From Bugula neritina (Eukaryota > Animalia > Bryozoa), in assembly GCA_964035545.1 (NCBI GenBank), contig OZ037765.1, forward strand, positions 15,076,698 to 15,140,697: a stretch of DNA of 64,000 nt, written 5' to 3'. The stretch's first letter is position 1; each line of letters starts with the position of its first letter. The notes under the pieces were generated by a model that made no database searches, was not told the origin of the DNA, and saw only the letters and a program-made list of their open reading frames with translations. The position numbers and the translations under genes are program-made. Of the stretch, positions 29,860-46,000 are shown one piece after another.

Positions 29860-32800
29860 AATATACTGCAACATGCTGAAATACACTGTAACATAATGAA
29901 ATATACTGCAACATACTGCAACATACCGAATTACACTGTAACAAACTGAAATACACTCCAACATACTACAACATACTGAAATACACTGTAACATATTGAA
30001 ATACACCGCAACACATTGAAATATACTGCAACATACCGAAATATATGGTAAACTACTGAATTATACTGTAACACATTGAAACTTACCGCAAAATACTAAA
30101 ATACACTGCAACACACTGAAGTATACTGTAATATATAGAAATGTACTGTAAAATACTTAAACATACGACAACATACCAAAAAACATACTGCAACATACTG
30201 AATTACACTGCAATATCCTGAAATATACTTCAACATACTGAAACATACCTAAAAACATTGAAATATACTGAAATACAGTGTAGGATATTGAAATACACTG
30301 CAACAATTTGGAATATACAGCAACATACCGAAATATATGGTAACCTACTGAAATATGTTGCAAACTACTGAAATATACTGCAACATACTGCAACATAATG
30401 AAATATACTATAACACATTGGAATAAACTGCAAAATACTGAAATATACTGTAACATACTGAAACATACTGCAACATACCGAAATATACTGTAACATACTG
30501 AAATATACTGCAAGATACTGCAATAAACTGAAATACACTGTAACATACTGAAATACACTGCAACATACTGCAACATACTGACATACACTGGAACATACTG
30601 AAATACACTGCAACATGCTACAACATACTGAAATACACTGTAACCTACTGAAATATGCTGCAGCACACTGAAATATACTGCAACATACTGAAATATAATG
30701 CAAGTTACTACAACATACTGAAATACACTGTGACATACTGAAATACGCTGCAACATACTGCAAGAAACTGCAACATACTGAAATACACTGTAACATATTG
30801 AAATACACTGCAAAACCTTAAAATATACTGCAACACACTGAAGGATACGGCAACATACTGAAATATACTGTGACACATTAAAATGTACTGCAACATACTG
30901 TAATATGCTGAAGCATACTGAAATGTACTGTAACACACTGTAATATACTGCAACATACTGCAACATACTGACATATACTGGAACATACTGAAATAAACTC
31001 CAACATACTACAACATACTGAAATACACTGTAACCTACTGAAATATGCTGTAGCACACTGAAATATACTGCAACATACTGAAATATAATGCAAGTAACTA
31101 CAACATACTGAAATACACTGTGACATACTGAGATACACTGCAACATACTGCAACATACTGAAATACACTGTAACAGACTGAAATGTACTGTAACACACTG
31201 AAATATACTGCAACATGCTGAAATACACTGTAACATACTGAAATATACTGCAACATACTGCAACATACCGAATTACACCGTAACAAACTGAAATACACTC
31301 CAACATACTACAACATACTGAAATACACTGTAACATATTGAAATACATCGCAACACATTGAAATATACTGCAACACACTGAAATATACTGTAACACACTG
31401 TAATATACTGCAACATACTGCAACATACTGACATACACTGGAACATACTGAAATACACTCCAACATACTACAACATACTGAAATACACTGTAACCTACTG
31501 AAATATGCTGTAGCACACTGAAATATACTGCAACATACTGAAATATAATGAAAGTTACTACAACATACTGAAATACACTGTGAGATACTGAGATACACTG
31601 CAACACCTTGAAATATACTGCAACACACTGAAAGATACGGCAACATACTGAAATATACTGCGACACATTGAAATATAGTGCAGCATACTGAAATATGCTG
31701 TAGCATACTGAAATATACTGTAACACACTGAAATATACTGCAACATACTGAAATACATTGTAACATACTGAAGTATACTGCAACATACTGAAATACACTG
31801 TAACATACTGAAATATACTGCAACATACTGCAACATACTGAAATACACTGTAACATACTGAAATACACTGCAACATACTGCAACATACTGAAATACACTG
31901 GAAGAAATTGAAACACACTACAACACATTGAAATATACTGCAACACACTGAAACATACAGCAACATACTGAAATATACTGCGACACATTGAAATATACTG
32001 CAACATAGTTAAATATAATGCAAGATACTGCAACATTCTGAAATACACTGTGACATACTGAAATACACTGCAACATACTTCAACATACTGCAACATACTG
32101 CAACATACTGAAATACACTGTAACATATTGAAGTGCACTGCAACACACTGAAACATACGGCAACATACTGAAATATACTGCAACTCACTATAATATAGTG
32201 TAATATACAGAAATGTACTGTAACATACTGAAATACACTGTAACATACTGAAATATACTGCAACATACTGAAGTACACTGCAACATACTGCAACATACTG
32301 AAATACACTGTAACATATTGAACTACACTACAACACATTGAAATATACTGCAACACACTGAAGGATACGGCAACATACTGAAATATACTGCGACACATTG
32401 AAATATACTGCAACATACTGAAATTTGCCGTAGCATACTGAAATATACTGTAACACACTGTAAAATACTGCAACATACTGACATACACTGGAACATACTG
32501 AAATACACTGCAACATACTACAACATACTGAAATACACTGTAACCTACTGAAATACGCTGTAGCACACTGAAATATACTGCAACATACTGAAATATAATG
32601 CAAGTTACTACAACATACTGAAATACACTGTGACATACTGAGATACACTGCAACATACTGCAACATACTGTAACATACTGAAATACACTGTAACCTACTG
32701 AAACACACTGCAACATACTACAACATACCGAAGTACACTGTAACATCATGAATTACACTGCAACACATTGAAAAATACTGCAACATACCGAAATATATGG

Positions 32801-35800
32801 CAAACTACTGAAATATACTTTAACAGATTGAAAAAAACTGCATCATACTGAAATATACTGCAACATGCTGAAATACACTGTAACATAATGAAATATACTG
32901 CAACATACTGCAACATACCGAATTACACTGTAACAAACTGAAATACACTCCAACATACTACAACATACTGAAATACACTGTAACATATTGAAATACACCG
33001 CAACACATTGAAATATACTGCAACATACCGAAATATATGGTAAACTACTGAATTATACTGTAACACATTGAAACTTACCGCAAAATACTAAAATACACTG
33101 CAACACACTGAAGTATAGTGTAATATATAGAAATGTACTGTAAAATACTTAAACATACGACAACATACCAAAAAACATACTGCAACATACTGAATTACAC
33201 TGCAATATCCTGAAATATACTTCAACATACTGAAACATACCTAAAAACATTGAAATATACTGAAATACAGTGTAGGATATTGAAATACACTGCAACAATT
33301 TGGAATATACAGCAACATACCGAAATATATGGTAACCTACTGAAATATGTTGCAAACTACTGAAATATACTGCAACATACTGCAACATAATGAAATATAC
33401 TATAACACATTGGAATAAACTGCAAAATACTGAAATATACTGTAACATACTGAAACATACTGCAACATACCGAAATATACTGTAACATGCTGAAATATAC
33501 TGCAAGATACTGCAATATACTGAAATACACTGTAACATACTGAAATACACTGCAACATACTGCAACATACTGACATACACTGGAACATACTGAAATACAC
33601 TGCAACATGCTACAACATACTGAAATACACTGTAACCTACTGAAATATGCTGCAGCACACTGAAATATACTGCAACATACTGAAATATAATGCAAGTTAC
33701 TACAACATACTGAAATACACTGTGACATACTGAAATACACTGCAACATACTGCAAGAAACTGCAACATACTGAAATACACTGTAACATATTGAAATACAC
33801 TGCAAAACCTTGAAATATACTGCAACACACTGAAGGATACGGCAACATACTGAAATATACTGTGACACATTAAAATGTACTGCAACATACTGTAATATGC
33901 TGTAGCATACTGAAATATACTGTAACACACTGTAATATACTGCAACATACTGCAACATACTGACATATACTGGAACATACTGAAATAAACTCCAACATAC
34001 TACAACATACTGAAATACACTGTAACCTACTGAAATATGCTGTAGCACACTGAAATATACTGCAACATACTGAAATATAATGCAAGTAACTACAACATAC
34101 TGAAATACACTGTGACATACTGAGATACACTGCAACATACTGCAACATACTGAAATACACTGTAACAGACTGAAATGTACTGTAACACACTGAAATATAC
34201 TGCAACATGCTGAAATACACTGTAACACACTGAAATATACTGCAACATGCTGAAATACACTGTAACATACTGAAATATACTGCAACATACTGCAACATAC
34301 CGAATTACACCGTAACAAACTGAAATACACTCCAACATACTACAACATACTGAAATACACTGTAACATATTGAAATACATCGCAACACATTGAAATATAC
34401 TGCAACACACTGAAATATACTGTAACACACTGTAATATACTGCAACATACTGCAACATACTGACATACACTGGAACATACTGAAATACACTCCAACATAC
34501 TACAACATACTGAAATACACTGTAACCTACTGAAATATGCTGGAGCACACTGAAATATACTGCAACATACTGAAATATAATGAAAGCTACTACAACATAC
34601 TGAAATACACTGTGAGATACTGAGACACACTGCAACACCTTGAAATATACTGCAACACACTGAAAGATACGGCAACATACTGAAATATACTGCGACACAT
34701 TGAAATATAGTGCAGCATACTGAAATATGCTGTAGCATACTGAAATATACTGTAACACACTGAAATATACTGCAACATACTGAAATACATTGTAACATAC
34801 TGAAATATACTGCAACATACTGAAATACACTGTAACATACTGAAATATACTGCAACATACTGCAACATACTGAAATACACTGTAACATACTGAAATACAC
34901 TGCAACATACTGCAACATACTGAAATACACTGGAAGAAATTGAAACACACTACAACACATTGAAATATACTGCAACACACTGAAACATACAGCAACATAC
35001 TGAAATATACTGCGACACATTGAAATATACTGCAACATAGTTAAATATAATGCAAGATACTGCAACATTCTGAAATACACTGTGACATACTGAAATACAC
35101 TGCAACATACTTCAACATACTGCAACATACTGCAACATACTGAAATACACTGTAACATATTGAAGTGCACTGCAACACACTGAAACATACGGCAACATAC
35201 TGAAATATACTGCAACTCACTATAATATAGTGTAATATACAGAAATGTACTGTAACATACTGAAATACACTGTAACATACTGAAATATACTGCAACATAC
35301 TGAAGTACACTGCAACATACTGCAACATACTGAAATACACTGTAACATATTGAAATACACTACAACACATTGAAATATACTGCAACACACTGAAGGATAC
35401 GGCAACATACTGAAATATACTGCGACACATTGAAATATACTGCAACATACTGAAATTTGCTGTAGCATACTGAAATATACTGTAACACACTGTAAAATAC
35501 TGCAACATACTGACATACACTGGAACATACTGAAATACACTGCAACATACTACAACATACTGAAATACACTGTAACCTACTGAAATACGCTGTAGCACAC
35601 TGAAATATACTGCAACATACTGAAATATAATGCAAGTTACTACAACATACTGAAATACACTGTGACATACTGAGATACACTGCAACATTCTGCAACATAC
35701 TGTAACATACTGAAATACACTGTAACCTACTGAAATACACTGCAACATACTACAACATACCGAAGTACACTGTAACATCATGAATTACACTGCAACACAT

Positions 35801-35890
35801 TGAAAAATACTGCAACATACCGAAATATATGGCAAACTACTGAAATATACTTTAACAGATTGAAAAAAACTGCATCATACTGAAATATAC
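29860..35890. repeat. Tandem duplication, ~3.0 kb x2 (2992/3032 bp)
   Basis: Matching ORF coordinates 30157/33149 and 30878/33870 (2992), 31273/34305 and 32009/35041 (3032). Shared variant TGTAATATGCTG at ~30899 and ~33891. Confidence 0.85.
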
Positions 35891-38740
35891 TGTAACACAC
35901 TGAAATATACTGCAAAACACTGAAATACACTGTAACATACTGAAATACACTGTAACATACTGAAATATACTGCAACACACTGCAACATACTGAAATGCGC
36001 TTTAACATACTGAAATACACTGCAACATACTACAACATATAGAAATACACTGCAACACATTGAAATATACTGCAACACACTGAAACATCTGGCAACATAT
36101 TGAAATATACTGCAACACATTGAAATATACCGCAACATACTGAAATATGCTGTAGCACACTGAAATACACCGCAACTCACTATAATATAGTGTAATATAC
36201 AGAAATGTACTGTAACATACTGAAATATACTGTAACATACTGAAATATACTGCAACATACTGAAATACATTGTAACATACTGAAATATACTGCAACATAC
36301 TGAAATACACTGTAACATACTGAAATATACTGCAACATACTGCAACATACTGAAATACACTGTAACATACTGAAATACACTGCAACATACTGCAACATAC
36401 TGAAATACACTGGAAGAAATTGAAACACACTACAACACATTGAAATATACTGCAACACACTGAAACATACAGCAACATACTGAAATATACTGCGACACAT
36501 TGAAATATACTGCAACATAGTTAAATATAATGCAAGATACTGCAACATTTTGAAATACACTGTGACATACTGAAATACACTGCAACATACTTCAACATAC
36601 TGCAACATACTGCAACATACTGAAATACACTGTAACATATTGAAGTGCACTGCAACACATTGAAATATACTGCAACACACTGAAACATACGGCAACATAC
36701 TGAAATATACTGCAACACATTGAAATATACTGCAACATACTGAAATATGCTGTAGTATCCTGAAACACACTGCAACACAGTGAAGTATACTGTAAAATAC
36801 AGAAATATACTGTAACATACTGAAACATATGTCAACATACTGAAATGTACTGCAACATACTGAAATACACTGTAACAAACCCAATTACATTGCAACAAAC
36901 TGCAACATACTGAAATACGCCTTAACATATTGAAATACGCTCCAACACATTGAAAGAAACTGCAATATACCTAAATATACGATAATATACTGAAAGATAC
37001 TGTACCACATTGAAAAACATTGCAACATACTGAAACATGCTGTAGCACATTAAAATACACCGTAAGATACTGAAATACACTGCAACATGCTGAAATACAC
37101 TGTAACCTACTGAAATACACTGCAACATACTACAACATACTGAAATACACTGTAACATTATGAATTACACTGCAACACATTGAAAAATACTGCAACATAC
37201 CGAAATATATGGCAAACTACTGAAGTATACTTTAACAGATTGAAAAAAACTGCATCATACTGAAATATACTGTAACACACTGAAATATACTGCAAAACAC
37301 TGAAATACACTGTAACATACTGGAATACACTGTAACATACTGAAATATACTGCAACACACTGCAACATACTGAAATGCGCTGTAACATACTGAGATACAC
37401 TGCAACATACTACAACATATTGAAATACACTGTAACACATTGAAATATACTGCAACACACTGAAACATACGGCAACATATTGAAATATACTGCAACACAT
37501 TGAAATATACCGCAACATACTGAAATTTGCTGTAGCATACTGAAATATACTGTAACACACTGTAAAATACTGCAACATACTGCAACATACCTACATACAC
37601 TGGAACATACTGAAATACACTGCAACATACTACAACATACTGAAACACACTGTAACCTACTGAAATATGCTGTAGCACACTGAAATATACTGCAACATAC
37701 TGAAATATAATGAAAGTTACCACAACATACTGAAATACACTGTGAGATACTGAGATACACTGCAACACCTTGAAATATACTGCAACACACTGAAAGATAC
37801 GGCAACATACTGAAATATACTGCGACACATTGAAATATAGTGCAGCATACTGAAATATGCTGTAGCATACTGAAATATACTGTAACAGACTGAAATATAC
37901 TGCAACATACTGAAATACATTGTAACATACTGAAATATACTGCAACATACTGAAATACACTGTAACATACTGAAATATACTGCAACATACTGCAACATAC
38001 TGAAATACACTGTAACATACTGAAATACACTGCAACATACTGCAACATACTGAAATACACTGGAAGAAATTGAAACACACTACAACACATTGAAATATAC
38101 TGCAACACACTGAAACATACAGCAACATACTGAAATATACTGCGACACATTGAAATATACTGCAACATAGTTAAATATAATGCAAGATACTGCAACATTC
38201 TGAAATACACTGTGACATACTGAAATACACTGCAACATACTTCAACATACTGCAACATACTGAAATACACTGTAACATATTGAAGTGCGCTGCAACACAT
38301 TGAAATATACTGCAACACACTGAAACATACGGCAACATACTGAAATATACTGCAACACATTGAAATATACTGCAACATACTGAAATAGGCTGTAGTATAC
38401 TGAAACACACTGCAACACAGTGAAGTATACTGTAAAATACAGAAATATACTGTAACATACTGAAACATATGTCAATATACTGAAATGTACTGCAACATAC
38501 TGGAATACACTGTAACAAACCCAATTACATTGCAACAAACTGCAACATACTGAAATACGCTGTAACATATTGAAATACGCTCCAACACATTGAAAGAAAC
38601 TGCAATATACCTAAATATACGATAATATACTGAAAGATACTGTACCACATTGAAAAACATTGCACCATACTGAAAAATGCTGTAGCACATTAAAATACAC
38701 TGTAAGATACTGAAATACACTGCAACATGCTGAAATACAC
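33770..38740. repeat. Dispersed duplication of window positions ~1-4930 (offset 33771, then 33811 after a 40-bp insertion)
   Basis: Matching ORF coordinates 99/33870, 1967/35778, 3111/36922 and 4661/38472. Rare variants GAAATACGCCTTAAC (3101/36912) and GTCAATATAC (4660/38471) are shared. Confidence 0.85.
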
Positions 38741-41700
38741 TGTAACCTACTGAAATACACTGCAACATACTACAACATACTGAAATACACTGTAACATTA
38801 TGAATTACACTGCAACACATTGAAAAATACTGCAACATACCGAAATATATGGCAAACTACTGAAATATACTTTAACAGATTGAAAAAAACTGCATCATAC
38901 TGAAATATACTGTAACACACTGAAATATACTGCAAAACACTGAAATACACTGTAACATACTGAAATACACTGTAACATACTGAAATATACTGCAACACAC
39001 TGCAACATACTGAAATGCGCTGTAACATACTGAAATACACTGCAACATACTACAACATATTGAAATACACTGTAACACATTGAAATATACTGCAACACAC
39101 TGAAACATACGGCAACATATTGAAATATACTGCAACACATTGAAATATACCGCAACATACTGAAATATGCTGTAGCACACTGAAATACACTGCAACTCAC
39201 TATAATATAGTGTAATATACAGAAATGTACTGTAACATACTGAAATACACTGTAACATACTGAAATATACTGCAACATACTGAAGTACACTGCAACATAC
39301 TGCAACATACTGAAATACACTGTAACATATTGAAATACACTACAACACATTGAAATATACTGCAACACACTGAAGGATACGGCAACATACTGAAATATAC
39401 TGCGACACATTGAAATATACTGCAACATACTGAAATTTGCTGTAGCATACTGAAATATACTGTAACACACTGTAAAATACTGCAACATACTGACATACAC
39501 TGGAACATACTGAAATACACTGCAACATACTACAACATACTGAAATACACTGTAACCTACTGAAATACGCTGTAGCACACTGAAATATACTGCAACATAC
39601 TGAAATATAATGCAAGTTACTACAACATACTGAAATACACTGTGACATACTGAGATACACTGCAACATACTGCAACATACTGTAACATACTGAAATACAC
39701 TGTAACCTACTGAAACACACTGCAACATACTACAACATACCGAAGTACACTGTAACATCATGAATTACACTGCAACACATTGAAAAATACTGCAACATAC
39801 CGAAATATATGGCAAACTACTGAAATATACTTTAACAAATTGAAAAAAACTGCATCATACTGAAATATACTGCAACACACTGCAACATACTGAAATGCGC
39901 TGTAACATACTGAAATACACTGCAACATACTGCAACATACTGAAATACACTGGAAGAAATTGAAACACACCACAACACATTGAAATATACTGCAACACAC
40001 TGAAACATACAGCAACATACTGAAATATACTGCGACACATTGAAATATACTGCAACATAGTTAAATATAATGCAAGATACTGCAACATTCTGAAATACAC
40101 TGTGACATACTGAAATACACTGCAACATACTTCAACATACTGCAACATACTGAAATACACTGTAACATATTGAAGTGCGATGCAACACATTGAAATATAC
40201 TGCAACACACTGTAACATACGGCAACATACTGAAATATACTGCAACACATTGAAATATACTGCAACATACTGAAATATGCTGTAGTATAGTGAAACACAC
40301 TGCAACACAGTGAAGTATACTGTAAAATACAGAAATATACTGTAACATACTGAAACATATGTCAACATACTGAAATGTACTGCAACATACTGAAATACAC
40401 TGTAACAAACCCAATTACATTGCAACAAACTGCAACATACTGAAATACGCTGTAACATATTGAAATACGCTCCAACACATTGAAAGAAACTGCAATATAC
40501 CTAAATATACGATAATATACTGAAAGATACTGTACCACATTGAAAAACATTGCACCATACTGAAAAATGCTGTAGCACATTAAAATACACTGTAAGATAC
40601 TGAAATACACTGCAACATGCTGAAATACACTGTAACCTACTGAAATACACTGCAACATACTACAACATACTGAAATACACTGTAACACACTGAAATATAC
40701 TGCAAAACACTGAAATACACTGTAACATACTGAAATACACTGTAACATACTGAAATATACTGCAACACACTGCAACATACTGAAATGCGCTGTAACATAC
40801 TGAAATACACTGCAACATACTACAACATATTGAAATACACTGTAACACATTGAAATATACTGCAACACACTGAAACATACGGCAACATATTGAAATATAC
40901 TGCAACACATTGAAATATACCGCAACATACTGAAATATGCTGTAGCACACTGAAATACACTGCAACTCACTATAATATAGTGTAATATACAGAAATGTAC
41001 TGTAACATACTGGAATACACTGTAACATACTGAAATATACTGCAACATACTGAAGTACACTGCAACATACTGCAACATACTGAAATACACTGTAACATAT
41101 TGAGATACACTAGTACACATTGAAATATACTGCAACACACTGAAGGATACGGCAACATACTGAAATATACTGCGACACATTGAAATATACTGCAACATAC
41201 TGAAATTTGCTGTAGCATACTGAAATATACTGTAACACACTGTAAAATACTGCAACATACTGACATACACTGGAACATACTGAAATACACTGCAACATAC
41301 TACAACATACTGAAATACACTGTAACCTACTGAAATACGCTGTAGCACACTGAAATATACTGCAACATACTGAAATATAATGCAAGTTACTACAACATAC
41401 TGAAATACACTGCGACATACTGAGATACACTGCAACATACTGCAACATACTGTAACATACTGAAATACACTGTAACCTACTGAAACACACTGCAACATAC
41501 TACAACATACCGAAGTACACTGTAACATCATGAATTACACTGCAACACATTGAAAAATACTGCAACATACCGAAATATATGGCAAACTACTGAAATATAC
41601 TTTAACAGATTGAAAAAAACTGCATCATACTGAAATATACTGTAACACACTGAAATATACTGCAAAACACTGAAATACACTGTAACATACTGAAATACAC

Positions 41701-43079
41701 TGTAACATACTGAAATATACTGCAACACACTGCAACATACTGAAATGCGCTTTAACATACTGAAATACACTGCAACATACTACAACATATAGAAATACAC
41801 TGCAACACATTGAAATATACTGCAACACACTGAAACATCTGGCAACATTTTGAAACATACTGCAACACATTGAAATATACCGCAACATACTGAAATATGC
41901 TGTAGCACACTGAAATACACCGCAACTCACTATAATATAGTGTAATATACAGAAATGTACTGTAACATACTGAAATATACTGTAACATACTGAAATATAC
42001 TGCAACATACTGAAATACATTGTAACATACTGAAATATACTGCAACATACTGAAATACACTGTAACATACTGAAATATACTGCAACATACTGCAACATAC
42101 TGAAATACACTGTAACATACTGAAATACACTGCAACATACTGCAACATACTGAAATACACGGGAAGAAATTGAAACACACTACAACACATTGAAATATAC
42201 TGCAACACACTGAAACATACAGCAACATACTGAAATATACTGCGACACATTGAAATATACTGCAACATAGTTAAATATAATGCAAGATACTGCAACATTC
42301 TGAAATACACTGTGACATACTGAAATACACTGCAACATACTTCAACATACTGCAACATACTGCAACATACTGAAATACACTGTAACATATTGAAGTGCAC
42401 TGCAACACATTGAAATATACTGCAACACACTGAAACATACGGCAACATACTGAAATATACTACAACACATTGAAATATACTGCAACATACTGAAATATGC
42501 TGTAGTATACTGAAACACACTGCAACACAGTGAAGTATACTGTAAAATACAGAAATATACTGTAACATACTGAAACATATGTCAACATACTGAAATGTAC
42601 TGCAACATACTGAAATACACTGTAACAAACCCAATTACATTGCAACAAACTGCAACATACTGAAATACGCTGTAACATATTGAAATACGCTCCAACACAT
42701 TGAAAGAAACTGCAATATACCTAAATATACGATAATATACTGAAAGATACTGTACCACATTGAAAAACATTGCAACATACTGAAACATGCTGTAGCACAT
42801 TAAAATACACTGTAAGATACTGAAATACACTGCAACATGCTGAAATACACTGTAACCTACTGAAATACACTGCAACATACTACAACATACTGAAATACAC
42901 TGTAACATTATGAATTACACTGCAACACATTGAAAAATACTGCAACATACCGAAATATATGGCAAACTACTGAAATATACTTTAACAGATTGAAAAAAAC
43001 TGCATCATACTGAAATATACTGTAACACACTGAAATATACTGCAAAACACTGAAATACACTGTAACATAGTGAAATACA

Positions 43080-46000
43080 CTGTAACATACTGAAATATAC
43101 TGCAACACACTGCAACATACTGAAATGCGCTGTAACATACTGAAATACACTGCAACATACTACAACATATTGAAATACACTGTAACACATTGAAATATAC
43201 TGCAACACACTGAAACATACGGCAACATATTGAAATATACTGCAACACATTGAAATATACCGCAACATACTGAAATATGCTGTAGCACACTGAAATACAC
43301 TGCAACTCACTATAATATAGTGTAACATACAGAAATGTACTGTAACATACTGAAATACACTGTAACATACTGAAATATACTGCAACATACTGAAGTACAC
43401 TGCAACATACTGCAACATACTGAAATACACTGTAACATATTGAAATACACTACAACACATTGAAATATACTGCAACACACTGAAGGATACGGCAACATAC
43501 TGAAATATACTGCGACACATTGAAATATACTGCAACATACTGAAATTTGCTGTAGCATACTGAAATATACTGTAACACACTGTAAAATACTGCAACATAC
43601 TGCAACATACTGACATACACTGGAACATACTGAAATACACTGCAACATACTACAACATACTGAAATACACTGTAACCTACTGAAATACGCTGTAGCACAC
43701 TGAAATATACTGCAACATACTGAAATATAATGCAAATTACTACAACATACTGAAATACACTGTGACATACTGAGATACACTGCAACATACTGCAACATAC
43801 TGTAACATACTGAAATACACTGTAACCTACTGAAACACACTGCAACATACTACAACATACCGAAGTACACTGTAACATCATGAATTACACTGCAACACAT
43901 TGAAAAATACTGCAACATACCGAAATATATGGCAAACTACTGAAATATACTTTAACAGATTGAAAAAAACTGCATCATACTGAAATATACTGTAACACAC
44001 TGAAATATACTGCAAAACACTGAAATACACTGTAACATACTGAAATACACTGTAACATACTGAAATATACTGCAACACACTGCAACATACTGAAATGCGC
44101 TTTAACATACTGAAATACACTGCAACATACTACAACATATAGAAATACACTGCAACACATTGAAATATACTGCAACACACTGAAACATCTGGCAACATAT
44201 TGAAATATACTGCAACACATTGAAATACACCGCAACATACTGAAATATGCTGTAGCACACTGAAATACACCGCAACTCACTATAATATAGTGTAATATAC
44301 AGAAATGTACTGTAACATACTGAAATATACTTTAACATACTGAAATATACTGCAACATACTGAAGTACACTGCAACATACTGCAACATACTGAAATACAC
44401 TGTAACATATTGAAATACATTACAACACATTGAAATATACTGCAACACACTGAAATATGCTGTAGCACACTGAAATACACTGCAACTCACTATAATATAG
44501 TGTAATATACAGAAATGTACTGTAACATACTGAGATAAACTGCAACATACTGCAACATACTGCAACATACTGCAACATACTGAAATACACTGTAACATAT
44601 TGAAATACACTGCAAAACCTTGAAATATACTGCAACACACTGAAGGATACGGCAACATACTGAAATATACTGCAACACACTGCAACATACTACAACATAC
44701 CGAAGTACACTGTAACATCATGAATTACACTGCAACACATTGAAAAATACTGCAACATACCGAAATATATGGCAAACTACTGAAATATACTTTAACAGAT
44801 TGAAAAAAACTGCATCATACTGAAATATACTGTAACACACTGAAATATACTGCAAAACACTAAAATACACTGTAACATACTGAAATACACTGCAACATAC
44901 TGAAATGCGCTGTAACATACTGAAATACACTGCAACATACTACAACATATTGAAATACACTGTAACACATTGAAATATACTGCAACACACTGAAACATAC
45001 GGCAACATATTGAATTATACTGCAACACATTGAAATATACCGCAACATACTGAAATTTGCTGTAGCATACTGAAATATACTGTAACACACTGTAAAATAC
45101 TGCAACATACTGCAACATACTGACATACACTGGAACATACTGAAATACACTGCAACATACTACAACATACTGAAATACACTGTAACCTACTGAAATATGC
45201 TGTAGCACACTGAAATATACTGCAACATACTGAAATATAATGAAAGTTACCACAACATACTGAAATACACTGTGAGATACTGAGATACACTGCAACACCT
45301 TGAAATATACTGCAACACACTGAAAGATACGGCAACATACTGAAATATACTGCGACACATTGAAATATAGTGCAGCATACTGAAATATGCTGTAGCATAC
45401 TGAAATATACTGTAACACACTGAAATATACTGCAACATTCTGAAATACATTGTAACATACTGAAATATACTGCAACATACTGAAATACACTGTAACATAC
45501 TGAAATATACTGCAACATACTGCAACATACTGAAATACACTGTAACATACTGAAATACACTGCAACATACTGCAACATACTGAAATACACTGGAAGAAAT
45601 TGAAACACACCACAACACATTGAAATATACTGCAACACACTGAAACATACAGCAACATACTGAAATATACTGCGACACATTGAAATATACTGCAACATAG
45701 TTAAATATAATGCAAGATACTGCAACATTCTGAAATACACTGTGACATACTGAAATACACTGCAACATACTTCAACATACTGCAACATACTGAAATACAC
45801 TGTAACATATTGAAGTGCGATGCAACACATTGAAATATACTGCAACACACTGAAACATACGGCAACATACTGAAATATACTGCAACACATTGAAATATAC
45901 TGCAACATACTGAAATATGCTGTAGTATAGTGAAACACACTGCAACACAGTGAAGTATACTGTAAAATACAGAAATATACTGTAACATACTGAAACATAT

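Larger units (their letters stand above)
16500..30750. repeat. Tandem segmental duplication with a ~7.0-kb period (7004 bp before the MITE; 7762/7752 bp after it)
   Basis: Matching ORF coordinates: 17320/24324 (7004), 17872/25634 and 19682/27444 (7762), 20713/28465 (7752). A shared divergent block sits at ~19560-20150 and ~27320-27910. Confidence 0.88.
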